A program made the translations under genes and the position numbers. Positions 22,012 through 33,113 of a stretch of 64,000 bases of DNA are shown in pieces. A model generated the notes under the pieces. The model saw nothing but the letters and a program-made list of their open reading frames with translations, was not told the origin of the DNA and did not search any database. How positions within the stretch are numbered: position 1 is the stretch's first letter; each line of letters starts with the position of its first letter. Source of the DNA: an uncultured Actinomycetes bacterium. Lineage in GTDB: Bacteria > Actinomycetota > Thermoleophilia > Gaiellales > JALYLC01. Where the stretch lies: NCBI GenBank assembly GCA_963713435.1, contig CAVQLU010000003.1, positions 524 through 64,523 of the forward strand. The letters run 5' to 3'.

Positions 22012-24849
22012 CTACCGTGATCCCAGGCGGCGAACCGCCTGCGCGGCTGCCACCGTCACCGGCCGCGCCGGGTCGAGCGACACCAGCACGACGACGCCGC
22101 GGATCGCACCGGGAGGGCCGAGCGGAATCAGCGCCGCGGACGATCCGGACTGCACGAACGACGCCAGCGGCCCGGCGTCGGCATCGTCCGCATCGAGCAC
22201 CACGACCTCGCCGGCCAGCGCGCGCGCGACCACGGCCGTCGTCACGTCCAGCGGACGTCCGAGCACCCGCCCGACCGGTTCGCGCAGGGCGTTGCCCTCG
22301 ACGTGCAGGGCTGCCGGCGCGAGCGTTCCATCGGGCCGGAGGCGCTGCACGGCGCAGGTCGAGACGGTTGCGATGCGCGCGGCCGCGACGGCCAGCGCGC
22401 CGTCGGGATCGGCGCCCTCGAGCGCAGCGTCGGCCAGGGCCTCGTGCGCTTCCAGCCGCACTGCCACCGAGCGCGCGGTGATCTCGCTCGCCTTGGCGCC
22501 GCGCGCGGTCTGCTCGGCGATCCGGCGCTGCTCGTCGGCGGCCAGCACGGCGGCGGTCACGCCCGCCACGCGCAGGGCGACCTCGGCGGCGCCCGCCGGT
22601 GGCGCCGCGGAGGGCGACAGCAGGGCCAGCACGCCGACGTCGAGATCGCGCAGGACGAGCGGGATGATGACCGCGCTGCCCGCCTCCACCGCACGCGCCA
22701 GCGGTGCCAGACGGGTGTCGGATGCGAGATCGCCGCGCAGCGCGGGAGCCCCGCCCGCCTCGTCGAGGAGCGCTGCCACGAGCGGGGCCGCGGCCTCGGC
22801 GCCGCCGGCGCTCGCGACCTCGCGCAGGGCGCCGTCGGCGACTCTCGCCCATACGCCCCCGGCGCTCAGCCCCGTCAGGCGGAGCGCCGCCTCCAGCGCG
22901 CGCTGCGTGGACGGCTCGCCGGCCGGCGCGACCGCATCGCAGAGCGCGCGCGCATCGGCCAGGTCGACCGCCAGGCTCTCCTGTGCGCGAGCGCTCGCGA
23001 GCGCCTCGGCGACGCGCGTCGCGAAGACCGTCAGCGCGACGTCGGAACCCGCCGCGTCGGCGCGCTCGCGTTCGGCGAAGAGCAGTTGCAGCACCCCGAG
23101 CGCCTCGCCGCGCGCGCGCAGGACGACCGAGAGCACCGCGCCCGAGCCGATGCCGCCGGCGAGCGCCGCCGAGCCGTCCCCGCCGGTGACGATGGCGTCG
23201 TCGTGGCGCAGCGCCTCCAGCGCGAGCGCATCGAGCGGCCCCTGCCGCAGCGGATCGGCGAGGCGCGCTCCGAAGCCCGCGAGCACGTGCAGCCCGTTCG
23301 CATCGAGCGCGTGCACGAGTGCGCTGTCGGCGCGACAGGCGCCGCTGGCGAGTCGCGCAGCGACGCGCGCCACGGCGGCGCCGTCGGTGGCTGCCGCGAG
23401 CGCCTCACCGGCCACGTCGAGGAGCTCGGGCATGCCGGTCTCGACTCCACTGCCGGCCCGCGACACGGCCAGTGCGGCCTGCGCTGCGACATGCCGCAGC
23501 AGCTGGCGCTCGGACTCGCTGAACTGATCCGGCCCGGCGCGCAGGATCTCGAGCACCCCCACCGCGCCGCTCGCTCCGCCGATCGGCAGCGCGAGCGCCG
23601 TGATGGCGCCGCGATTCTGCAGGCGGCGTGCGACGGCGGGCTCCAGCGCGGCGTCGAGATCGGTCTCGCGTCCGCGCATCGCCTCCTCGAGGCCGCCGTC
23701 GAGCGGTGCGCTGGTGCCCGTCAGCTCGGCTTCCAGAGCCGGTGCATCCACGTGCACCGCGCGGGCGACCAGCACGCCCCGCGCGGTGTCGAGGATGCGC
23801 ACGAGCACGGCGTCGGCGCGCGCGAGCTCGGCGGCGACGCGTGCGAGCAGCGCCAGCGAGCGGGCGTCGTCGCCCTCGCCGGCCGCGGCCGCGGCCTGGT
23901 CGAGTGCTGCGAGCTGCGCCGACAGGCGCCGTGCTCCGACGGCCGCATGCGCGGCCTCGAGTGCCCGGCCTGCGATCTCCGCGATGCCGTCGGCGAGCGC
24001 GAGATCCTCGGAGGCCAGCGCCTCACCGGCGTCGCGACCGCAGAACACGACGGCCACGCTCGCCCGCTCGGCGTCGCGCAGGGCGAAGGCGAGCACCGCG
24101 CTGGGGCCGCCGTCGCCCTCGAAGGGGATGTCGGCGGGATCGCTCGCGATCGCCGCGCCCTCGTTGGAGAGCGCGCGCGCCGCAAAGCCGCCGTCGGCGC
24201 GCAGGTGCCAGCGCTGCACCCAGCCCGCGCCCCGGCCCGTGCTGGCGGCGATCACGAGCCGCCCGTCCGGCTCGCGCACCGCGACGGCGGCCCAGTCGCA
24301 GGCGAGCCCCTCGGCGGTCGCGCGGCTGATCGCATCGAGCACCCGATCGAGATCGAGCGCGACGCCGGCCAGCAGGCTCGCGGCAGCGCGCACGCGGTCG
24401 GCGATGGCTGCGCGCCGGCGCAACGACGCGCGATGCGTGGTGTCGAGCTCGGCGGCCGCGGCGGTGCTGACGCGCTCCAGCACGCCGCCGGCCGCGCCGA
24501 GCAGCGCCTCGGAGGCCTCTCGGGGCGCTCCGGCCATCTGCGTGCCGAGCTCGACGAAGGCGCGCTGCAAGGCACCGACGAGCGCGACGAAGCTGAGACC
24601 CGCCTGGATGCACCCCGCGACCTCGCGCTCCAGCACGAGCGAGGAGAACGGCGCGCGGTGCGGATCCCTCAGCGAGCGCTCGAGCGCCTCGAGCGCCTGC
24701 TCGCAGCCCGCGCGCACGCGCGAGAACGGCACGCCCTCGGGCGCCAGCACCTCATGCGCGATGAGCGAGCAGCGTTCCAGCAGGGATGCGCGCAGCTCGG
24801 CCAGCAGCGCGAGGCCGGGCGGCTCGGCCTGGGCAGTCTCGTCGACCAC
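22012..24849 (-). CDS. Multi-GAF domain sensor protein
   Basis: Repeated GAF-like units (ALPIGG..VGVLEI, IIPLVLRDLDVGVL, LIPLG..IRGVVVL); TATGCT 6 nt before GTG. Confidence 0.7.
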   Translation of the reverse strand: MVDETAQAEPPGLALLAELRASLLERCSLIAHEVLAPEGVPFSRVRAGCEQALEALERSLRDPHRAPFSSLVLEREVAGCIQAGLSFVALVGALQRAFVELGTQMAGAPREASEALLGAAGGVLERVSTAAAAELDTTHRASLRRRAAIADRVRAAASLLAGVALDLDRVLDAISRATAEGLACDWAAVAVREPDGRLVIAASTGRGAGWVQRWHLRADGGFAARALSNEGAAIASDPADIPFEGDGGPSAVLAFALRDAERASVAVVFCGRDAGEALASEDLALADGIAEIAGRALEAAHAAVGARRLSAQLAALDQAAAAAGEGDDARSLALLARVAAELARADAVLVRILDTARGVLVARAVHVDAPALEAELTGTSAPLDGGLEEAMRGRETDLDAALEPAVARRLQNRGAITALALPIGGASGAVGVLEILRAGPDQFSESERQLLRHVAAQAALAVSRAGSGVETGMPELLDVAGEALAAATDGAAVARVAARLASGACRADSALVHALDANGLHVLAGFGARLADPLRQGPLDALALEALRHDDAIVTGGDGSAALAGGIGSGAVLSVVLRARGEALGVLQLLFAERERADAAGSDVALTVFATRVAEALASARAQESLAVDLADARALCDAVAPAGEPSTQRALEAALRLTGLSAGGVWARVADGALREVASAGGAEAAAPLVAALLDEAGGAPALRGDLASDTRLAPLARAVEAGSAVIIPLVLRDLDVGVLALLSPSAAPPAGAAEVALRVAGVTAAVLAADEQRRIAEQTARGAKASEITARSVAVRLEAHEALADAALEGADPDGALAVAAARIATVSTCAVQRLRPDGTLAPAALHVEGNALREPVGRVLGRPLDVTTAVVARALAGEVVVLDADDADAGPLASFVQSGSSAALIPLGPPGAIRGVVVLVSLDPARPVTVAAAQAVRRLGSR

Positions 24850-25035
24850 TGGCTCAGCATAGGGCGCGTTGCGACATGCGCGTGAGGGTCGGCGAGTGAC
24901 GAGCGCCCGCTCGGTGCCGCCAGGCACCACGACGCACGTGGCGACGCGCCCGTCAGGGCTCCCGTCAGGCCGCGTCGCCGAATACAGGTGCGACGCGCTG
25001 CAGGTGCGGGCGAGCCGATGAACTACTCTGCAGGT

Positions 25036-25275
25036 GTGAGCGTGCCCCCGGGCAGGCGTACCCGCTGGAAAGATCGAGCCGACGACCCCGAGCTCGAGCG
25101 GGAGCTCATCGAGGAGCTCGATCGGCGCCGGCGCGGGCGTGAGGAAGATCGAGAGCGACGTGCGCTCGAACGGCGCTCGCGCTGGTTGATCTGGCTGTTC
25201 GTGCTGCTCACGGCCGGGGCGGCCGTCGCCATCGGCTACGGGGCGCTCGAGCTGGCCCGCTCGCTCTTCGGCTGA
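25036..25275 (+). CDS. Small single-pass membrane protein
   Basis: Charged N-terminus plus C-terminal TM; TACTCT 6 nt before GTG. Confidence 0.55.
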   Translation: MSVPPGRRTRWKDRADDPELERELIEELDRRRRGREEDRERRALERRSRWLIWLFVLLTAGAAVAIGYGALELARSLFG

Positions 25276-25345
25276 GCAGCCTTCCGGGCCGCAGGGCGGG
25301 CTCCGCGACCCGGCCCTGCCGTACCCATCACATAGGATCCCCGCC

Positions 25346-26146
25346 ATGTCCCGCCGCAACGCTGCTCTCAAGCCGCAGCTCAACCGCATTCGCGCGTGGG
25401 CCTACGAGGGCTCGACGGATGCCTGGATCGCGCACCAGCTCGAAACCACGGCCGAGGCCGTGCGCGCCTTCCGCCAGGAGCACGGCATCGAGCGCGGAGG
25501 CCCGGCGCCGCTCGCGCCGATCACGCCGGACAGCGTCGTCGAGGCGATGCTCGCCGAGGAAGCAGCGGCCCTCGAGGCCGGCCCCGAGCCGGAAGAGCCC
25601 GCGCCGGTGGCGGAGAGCGCTCCCGAGGAGAAGCCGGCGCCCAAGCGCCGCACGACCCGGCGCACCTCGGCCGCCAAGGCAGAGGCCGAGCCCGCCGCCG
25701 AGGCCGACGAAGCCCCCGCCGAGGGAGCGACGGCCGGCGAGCAGGAATCCGCGGAGGCGCCGGCCAAGAGCAGCAGTCGCCGGCGCGGCTCGCGTGGAGG
25801 CGCAGGGCGCAAGTCCACGGCCGCGGCTGCGGTCGAGGAAGCGGAGGCTCCGCCCCCGGTCGCCACGGAGGAGCCGGCCGAGAGCGACGCCGCCGAGGCC
25901 GGCGGCGACGACGATCCGGCGCGCGCCGGGCGCAAGCGGCGCCGCAGGGGCCGTGGCCGCGGCGCGTCCAGGGGGCTCGAGGCGCGTCTGCTCCCCGGCA
26001 GCGTGCTGCTCCTCGATCCGTCCGTGACCTCGGATGCGACGTTCCAGGAGCACTGGGCCGAGGCCGGCGCGCTGCGCGTCGAGGTGAGCACGGACGCGAT
26101 CGTCCTGCGCCGGGTGGCCGAAGCCGCGCCCGACAGCCCGAACTAG
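25346..26146 (+). CDS. Hypothetical protein: HTH-like N-terminus, disordered acidic/Arg-Gly linker, small C-terminal beta domain
   Basis: QLNRIRAW..TDAWIAHQLE; RRRGSRGG and RKRRRRGRGRG; TAGGAT 7 nt before ATG. Confidence 0.7.
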   Translation: MSRRNAALKPQLNRIRAWAYEGSTDAWIAHQLETTAEAVRAFRQEHGIERGGPAPLAPITPDSVVEAMLAEEAAALEAGPEPEEPAPVAESAPEEKPAPKRRTTRRTSAAKAEAEPAAEADEAPAEGATAGEQESAEAPAKSSSRRRGSRGGAGRKSTAAAAVEEAEAPPPVATEEPAESDAAEAGGDDDPARAGRKRRRRGRGRGASRGLEARLLPGSVLLLDPSVTSDATFQEHWAEAGALRVEVSTDAIVLRRVAEAAPDSPN

Positions 26147-26178
26147 AAGCCCTTACGGCCCGGAGCTGTGAGAGCTTC

Positions 26179-26790
26179 TCAGCCGAACTGGGTGACGCGG
26201 ACGCGCAGGAGGGCTTTCGCCTGCTCCACGAGCGCGAGCGGGTCGAGCGGCTTGCCGACGAACGTGTTCGCGCCGTGCTCCTCGGCGTGATCGTCTTCAC
26301 TCTCTCCCGAGAACATGATCACGGGCAGCGTCTCGATGCCGTGGCGCTCGCGCACGCGGCGCAGCATCTCCCAGCCGTCGATTCCCGGCAGGTTGACGTC
26401 GAGCATCACGAGATCGGGCGGATCCTCGTCGAGCGCCGCGAGGCCCTCTTCGGCCGTTGCAGCCTCGCGCACGACCATGCCGTCGAACTCGAGGTTGACG
26501 CGGATGAAGGAGCGCAGCTTGGGGTTGTCGTCGACGACGAGAACCACTGCATCGCCGCGCGGCCGGGAGCCGGCGCCGTTGCGCTGGATGAACGCATCGA
26601 GGTCGGAGCGCAGGAAACGACGGTGCCCGCCCGGCGTGTAGAACACCGGCAAGCGCCCACTGTCAGTCCACACGCGCACAGTGCTCTGTGCGATGCCGAG
26701 GTATTTCGCTGCCTGGCCGAGTGTCAACCACGTCGGCTCAGCAGACCGCGCACCTGTCCTCCGGTGCGGGGAGTCGCCGTCTCCCTTCAT
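26179..26790 (-). CDS. Excisionase/MerR-like HTH plus receiver-domain regulator
   Basis: WLTLGQAAKYLG..TPGGHRRF; VLVVDD, LVMLD, FVGKP. Confidence 0.88.
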   Translation of the reverse strand: MKGDGDSPHRRTGARSAEPTWLTLGQAAKYLGIAQSTVRVWTDSGRLPVFYTPGGHRRFLRSDLDAFIQRNGAGSRPRGDAVVLVVDDNPKLRSFIRVNLEFDGMVVREAATAEEGLAALDEDPPDLVMLDVNLPGIDGWEMLRRVRERHGIETLPVIMFSGESEDDHAEEHGANTFVGKPLDPLALVEQAKALLRVRVTQFG

Positions 26791-26847
26791 GCGACTCAGT
26801 GTAGCCCGGATCCCGTCTTGCGGTCGGTGCCCTTGAAAACCCGCCTC

Positions 26848-27135
26848 TCAGGGAGTCGCGGAGCCGGTCACCACGGTGACCGTGCGCGTGGCGACCGTCT
26901 CGGTCAGCGTGACCCGCTGCAGGGTGGCGTCAGACGTCGTCAATTCGGGCCCCGGCGCTTCCGTGAGCGCCTGGCCGACGAGAAAGCCTCCGACCGCGGC
27001 ACCCACGAGCAGGAGCAGGATCAGCAGCTTGCGCAGACGCGAATGGCGGCGCTGGCGCACCGCCGCCTTGCGGCGGCGCTCGATGCGCAACAGCTCCTCG
27101 GTCTGCGCGGTCGGGGGCGGCGGCGGGGTGCTCAA
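26848..27135 (-). CDS. Small membrane protein
   Basis: Basic stretch, TM helix, Thr-rich tail; TTGA overlap with upstream stop. Confidence 0.55.
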   Translation of the reverse strand: MSTPPPPPTAQTEELLRIERRRKAAVRQRRHSRLRKLLILLLLVGAAVGGFLVGQALTEAPGPELTTSDATLQRVTLTETVATRTVTVVTGSATP

Positions 27136-27449
27136 CCCGGCGTCCAGTCGCGTGCAGCACGCGCGGCCCGCGCGCAGGCCGCGTCGGCGAAGATCCCGTC
27201 CTGGGCCCAGGGGACGCCCGGCGCCACGCGCTGGGCCGCCGAGCGCGCCCAGCGATCCGCATCGCCGTAGACCGCCACGAGCGCGGCCAGCGAATAGGTC
27301 TGCCCGAGGCGGCGGCGCAACTCGCGCTGCAGCTCGAGCAGCACGCTGGTGGCGATCGGCGCACGCGCGGGATCGGCCAGCACGCGCTCGACCGAGCGCT
27401 CGCCGTTTCTCCAGTCCTCGCGCGCGAGGCGGACGCTGAGCTCGCTCAC
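27132..27449 (-). CDS. Hypothetical protein
   Basis: ELRRRLGQTYSLAALVAVY..ARDW; 4-nt overlaps with both neighbours. Confidence 0.6.
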   Translation of the reverse strand: MSELSVRLAREDWRNGERSVERVLADPARAPIATSVLLELQRELRRRLGQTYSLAALVAVYGDADRWARSAAQRVAPGVPWAQDGIFADAACARAARAARDWTPG

Positions 27450-27958
27450 GCCCACGCGCAGCAGACCTCCGGGACGGCTGGGGCACCGGCGCGCTCGAGC
27501 ACGAGCCGGCCGAGGGCATAGGAGGGCGCTCCGAGCGCAGCGGCGGCATGGGCGTGCAGGCACTTGAGCGGCGCGCCCGGCGCGCCGCCCTCGAGACTCG
27601 TTCGCAGCGCCGCGCCGCCATCGCGACGCGGACCGGCCGGTGCAAGCTCCGCGCGCAGGGCGGCGACGCGCGCATCGGCGCGGCGGCGGCTCTGGAGCAG
27701 TCCGGGCCGCTCGGCGAGCTCGCGCTCGAACAGCGCGACGCCGCCGGCGGACTCGAGCTCGCCGACCGCGCGGACGAGGACGCGACAGGAGAGCCAGAGC
27801 GTCGTCGGGAACGGCGTTCCCGTCTCGTCGTAGGGGCGCTGGGCGATCACGCTCGGCCCGCCGTGGACGCAGCGTGCAGCAACCCCGGCGAGCGCACGCG
27901 GCGGCCGCCCGAGCTGGCGCTCGATCGCCTCGCGGTCACGCTCCGACGCCGGTTCCAC
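27446..27958 (-). CDS. DUF501 family protein
   Basis: QLGRPPR..VAARC, GTPFPTTLWL, LESAGG, KCLHAHAA. Confidence 0.85.
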   Translation of the reverse strand: MEPASERDREAIERQLGRPPRALAGVAARCVHGGPSVIAQRPYDETGTPFPTTLWLSCRVLVRAVGELESAGGVALFERELAERPGLLQSRRRADARVAALRAELAPAGPRRDGGAALRTSLEGGAPGAPLKCLHAHAAAALGAPSYALGRLVLERAGAPAVPEVCCAWA

Positions 27959-28013
27959 GGCCCGCAGTGTGGCAGCCGGGAGGAGCCCCGGCGCAGACGG
28001 CGAAGCGGTGCGC

Positions 28014-28313
28014 ATGCCGACGCGCCCTCGCCCCCGCCCTGCGCGCAGCATCCGCTTGCACCGCGCACGGCGGCTGGGAGCGGTCGCGCTGCTGATGCTG
28101 CTGGTCGTGTTGTGCGTCGGGCCCGTGCGCTCGTATCTCCACGCGCGCTCGGCCACGCAGCAGCTGCGCGTCGAGGTGACGCAGCTCGACCGGAAGCACG
28201 CGAAGCTGCAGGCCGAGCTGAAGAGCGCGTCGCAGACCACCGCGATGATCGCCCAGGCACGCGCCGAGGGCTACATCCGCCCCGGCGAGAAGCCGTTCTC
28301 CCTCACGCCGTAG
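28014..28313 (+). CDS. ftsB: Septum formation initiator FtsB/DivIC
   Basis: TM, coiled coil, then QARAEGYIRPGE. Confidence 0.8.
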   Translation: MPTRPRPRPARSIRLHRARRLGAVALLMLLVVLCVGPVRSYLHARSATQQLRVEVTQLDRKHAKLQAELKSASQTTAMIAQARAEGYIRPGEKPFSLTP

Positions 28314-28322
28314 GGTCGCCCC

Positions 28323-29740
28323 TCAGAGGGTCTGCACGAGGATCGTGTTGGTGGCGCCCGGGCGGTTGACGTTCGTGCCGCTCGTGATCACCACGCGATC
28401 GCCGGGCCCCGCGATGCCGGCGCGCTGCACCGCGTCGATCGAGCGCATCCAGAGCGTCTCGACGTCTTTCGTGGGATCCAGCGCGAGCGGCACGACCGCC
28501 CAGTCGAGCATCAGCTGACGCTGCACGTCGAGGCTCGGCGTACACGCCACGATCGGACGGTGCGGACGGTGCCGCGAGATCTCCCGCGCGGTGTCGCCCG
28601 AGACCGTAGGAACGATGATCGCGGCCGCCTCGATCACCTCGGCCATGTCGCAGGCGGCATGGCCGACGACGTCGGAGATGTAGCGGGGGCCCTGGCGCGT
28701 GGAATCGAACGGCGTGTCGCGATAGGCGAACTCGGGCTCGACCGAGGCGGCGATCCGCACCATCGTGTCGACGGCCTCGACCGGGTATTTGCCGACCGCC
28801 GTCTCGCCGCTCAGCATCACGGCCGAGGTTCCGTCGAGGATCGCGTTCGCGACGTCCGAGGCCTCCGCACGCGTGGGCTCGGGCGCGTCGATCATCGATT
28901 CGAGCATCTGCGTGGCCGTGATCACGGTCTTGCCGGCCTCGCGCCCGATGCGGATCATGCGCTTCTGCAGCATCGGCACCTCGGCGGTCCCGACCTCGAC
29001 CCCGAGATCGCCGCGGGCGACCATGAGCGCGTCGGTCACCGCGACGATGGACTCGAGCTGCTCGATCGCCTCGAGCTTCTCGATCTTCGCGATCACGCGC
29101 TGGCGCCCGCCGAGACCGGTGATCAGCCGCTTGAGATCCTCGACGTCCTCGGCGCGCCGCACGAACGAGAGCGCGATGTAGTCGACGTCCCAGCGCACCG
29201 CGTGCTCGAGCATCTCGCGATCGCGATCGGTGATCGACGGGATCGGCAGATAGCTGCCCGGGAGGTTCACGCCCTTCTGGGAACGGATCAGGCCGCCCGT
29301 CTCGACGCGGCAGCGCACGCGCTTGCCGAGCGCCTCCACGACGCGCAGGCGCACGCGCCCGTCGTCGATCATGACCGGCGATCCCGGCCGCACGACGCGC
29401 GCGAAGTCGAGCTCGAAGCCGAGCTCCAGATCCTCGGGACCGGCCGCGCCGGCGCTCGCGAGCACGAGATCCTCCCCCGTGCTGACCGCTCGCGGCTGCG
29501 CCAGCGGCGCCACGCGCAGCTTGGGGCCCGGCAGGTCGGCCAGGATGGCCAGCGGCCGGTCGAGGCGCTTCTCCACCGCTCGCACCGCGACGACGAGCGC
29601 CTCGAGCTCGGCCACGTTGCCGTGCGAGCAGTTGACGCGCGCAACGTCCATGCCCGCTGCCACGAGGCGCTCGATCATCGGCTCCTCGGCGGTCGCGGGG
29701 CCGATCGTGCAGACGATCTTGGTGCGGCGGGGGGCGATGC

Positions 29741-29744
<4 letters not shown>
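28323..29744 (-). CDS. pyk: Pyruvate kinase
   Basis: [42 protein letters not shown]. Confidence 0.97.
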
Positions 29745-31008
<1,264 letters not shown>

Positions 31009-31012
<4 letters not shown>

Positions 31013-32091
31013 TGGCCTTCCCTGAGAGAACGCTTGGCCGCCTGATAGTAGTGCTCCTGCTCCGGCATCCCCGCCGCGCGGAACTCGACGCCCGCGGCGG
31101 CCGCCAGGCGCTCGGCGAGCTCGACCCGGCCGCGGAAGCGGGCCGTCGCGGCGCGCAGCGCGAGCTCGGGATCGCAGTTGTGCCTGCGGGCGACGTTGAC
31201 GCAGGCGAACAGCACGTCCCCCAGCTCGCCGACGAGCGCCGGCAGCGGTTCGCGCTCGGGCTCCGGCTCGCGCCGGTCGCGCAGCTCGGCCCGAAGCTCG
31301 GCCAGCTCGCTCTCGAGATCGCCGAACGCGTCGCCGGCGGTGGCGTACTCGAAGCCGATGGCAGCGGCGCGCCGCTGGACCTTGCGCGCTTCGAGCAGAG
31401 CCGGCAGGGCGGCCGGCACGTCGTGGAAGATGCCCTCGCGGCCCTCGCTCTCGACCTTGACGCCCTCCCAGCGGTTGCGCGCGTCGCCGGCGGTCTCGGC
31501 GCTCTCCGCGCCGAACACCCAGGGGTGGCGAATGCGCAGCTTGGCGGTCACGCCGAGCGCGACGTCCTCCCACGATCCGACCTCGGCCTCCTCGCACAGC
31601 AGCGCCAGGAAGGTCGTCTGGAAGAGCAGGTCGCCGAGCTCGTCGATCAGCTTCGGCGAGAGTCCGGCCTCCCGCACCGCGTCGGCGACCTCGTAGGCCT
31701 CCTCGACCGTGTGCGGCACGATCGACGTCGCCGTCTGGGCGCGATCCCAGGGGCATTCGCGGCGCAGCACGGCCGTCAGGTCGAGCAGCGCTCCCGCAGC
31801 CGCCTGTGCCGCCTGCCGGGCGAGCAGCGAGCGCTCGGGCACGGTCGCGGCAGCCGGTTGCGCACGCGCCAGCGCATAGGCGGAGGCGTCGGGCGCGCAG
31901 GCCGTCGCAGCAGCGCCGTCGAGGGCGATGCCGAGTGCCTCCAGCCGCTCCCTGAGGGCGTCAGGGAGATCGTGGGGGGCAGCGCTGCCCGCCGCGCCCA
32001 GGGCCTCCAGCGCCGCTGCCGGCACCAGCTCGGGCTCACCCGGGCCGAGTGCCACGATCAGAGCGATCGGCGCCGCCGCGCCGCCGGTCAC
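31009..32091 (-). CDS. mazG: Nucleoside triphosphate pyrophosphohydrolase MazG with short YabN-like N-terminal region
   Basis: [37 protein letters not shown]-terminal ALGPG. Confidence 0.92.
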
Positions 32092-33113
32092 TGCGATGTT
32101 GTCTGGTCGGCGGGCGCGTAACCGGGCGCGAACTGGATGTCTCTGCTGAGGTCGATCACGGCCAGGTCGAACTTGTTCGCGATCGTCTTCTGGCGCTTCT
32201 GGTCGGCGAGCTGGGTGCGGATCTGCGACTTGAGCGTCGCATCGAGCGGCCGCGTGCTCGCGGGCAGCACCGGCCCCATCGGCTCGATCAGGTGCCAGCC
32301 GAACTGCGTCTTGACCGGCTCCGAGACGACGCCCTCGTTGAGGGTGAACGCGACGTCCGCGAACGGCTTGACGAGACTCGTGCGGTTGACGAGTCCGAGA
32401 TCGCCGCCGTTGTTCTTCGTGCTGTCGGTGGAGTACTGCTTGGCGAGCGCCGCGAAATCGGCATCCGAGGACGAGAGCTGCGAGTAGAGCATGTCGGCAG
32501 TGGCCTTGTCCTTGACCAGGATGTGCCGCACCTTGCGGCGCTCCGGGAGCGCGTAGACCGTCGCCTTGTCCTTGTCGTACTGCGCCAGCACCTGGGCGTC
32601 CGTGATGGTCGGGTTGCCGGCCACCTTGGCGGCGGCGGCCTGGGCCAGCAGCTTCGTCTCGATGCGGTGCCGCAGCAGATCGCGCGTCATCCCCGTCGAG
32701 CGGAACTCGGCGTTGACCTTGTCCTCGTCGATGGTGCCCGCGGTCGTGCCGGGGAACGCGCTCGCGAGCGTCTGCTTGAGCGCTGCGTCGACCGCACTCG
32801 GCTTCACCGTCACCCCGAGGTTGTGTGCCCACGCGCGGAGCTCGGCGTCGTGCGCGAGCGCCTCGAGCGCGCGCTGGCGCAGCGAGATCCAGTCGGTCGT
32901 GCCCGGAACGGGATACGACGTCTTCATGGAGAGCTGCGCGATGCGCATCGTGGTGCGGAGATCGGTGGCGGTGATCGGGGTGCCGTCGACGACCGCCACG
33001 GCGTTCGGCGGCACGTCGCTACCCGAGCCGCTGCTCCCGCCGCAACCGGCGAGCACGAGTGCCCCGAGCACCGCGACCCCTGCACACAGTCCTGCGGCCG
33101 AGCGGTTCATCAT
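32088..33113 (-). CDS. prsA: Parvulin-type PPIase/foldase lipoprotein (paralog 2)
   Basis: Lipobox LAGC; RHILV, GGDLG, PVKTQFGWHLI. Confidence 0.88.
   Translation of the reverse strand: MMNRSAAGLCAGVAVLGALVLAGCGGSSGSGSDVPPNAVAVVDGTPITATDLRTTMRIAQLSMKTSYPVPGTTDWISLRQRALEALAHDAELRAWAHNLGVTVKPSAVDAALKQTLASAFPGTTAGTIDEDKVNAEFRSTGMTRDLLRHRIETKLLAQAAAAKVAGNPTITDAQVLAQYDKDKATVYALPERRKVRHILVKDKATADMLYSQLSSSDADFAALAKQYSTDSTKNNGGDLGLVNRTSLVKPFADVAFTLNEGVVSEPVKTQFGWHLIEPMGPVLPASTRPLDATLKSQIRTQLADQKRQKTIANKFDLAVIDLSRDIQFAPGYAPADQTTSQ

Noticed and set aside
26179..26790. Excisionase-like HTH as prophage evidence
   Set aside because: It is fused to a receiver domain with no phage genes nearby; a common regulator architecture.
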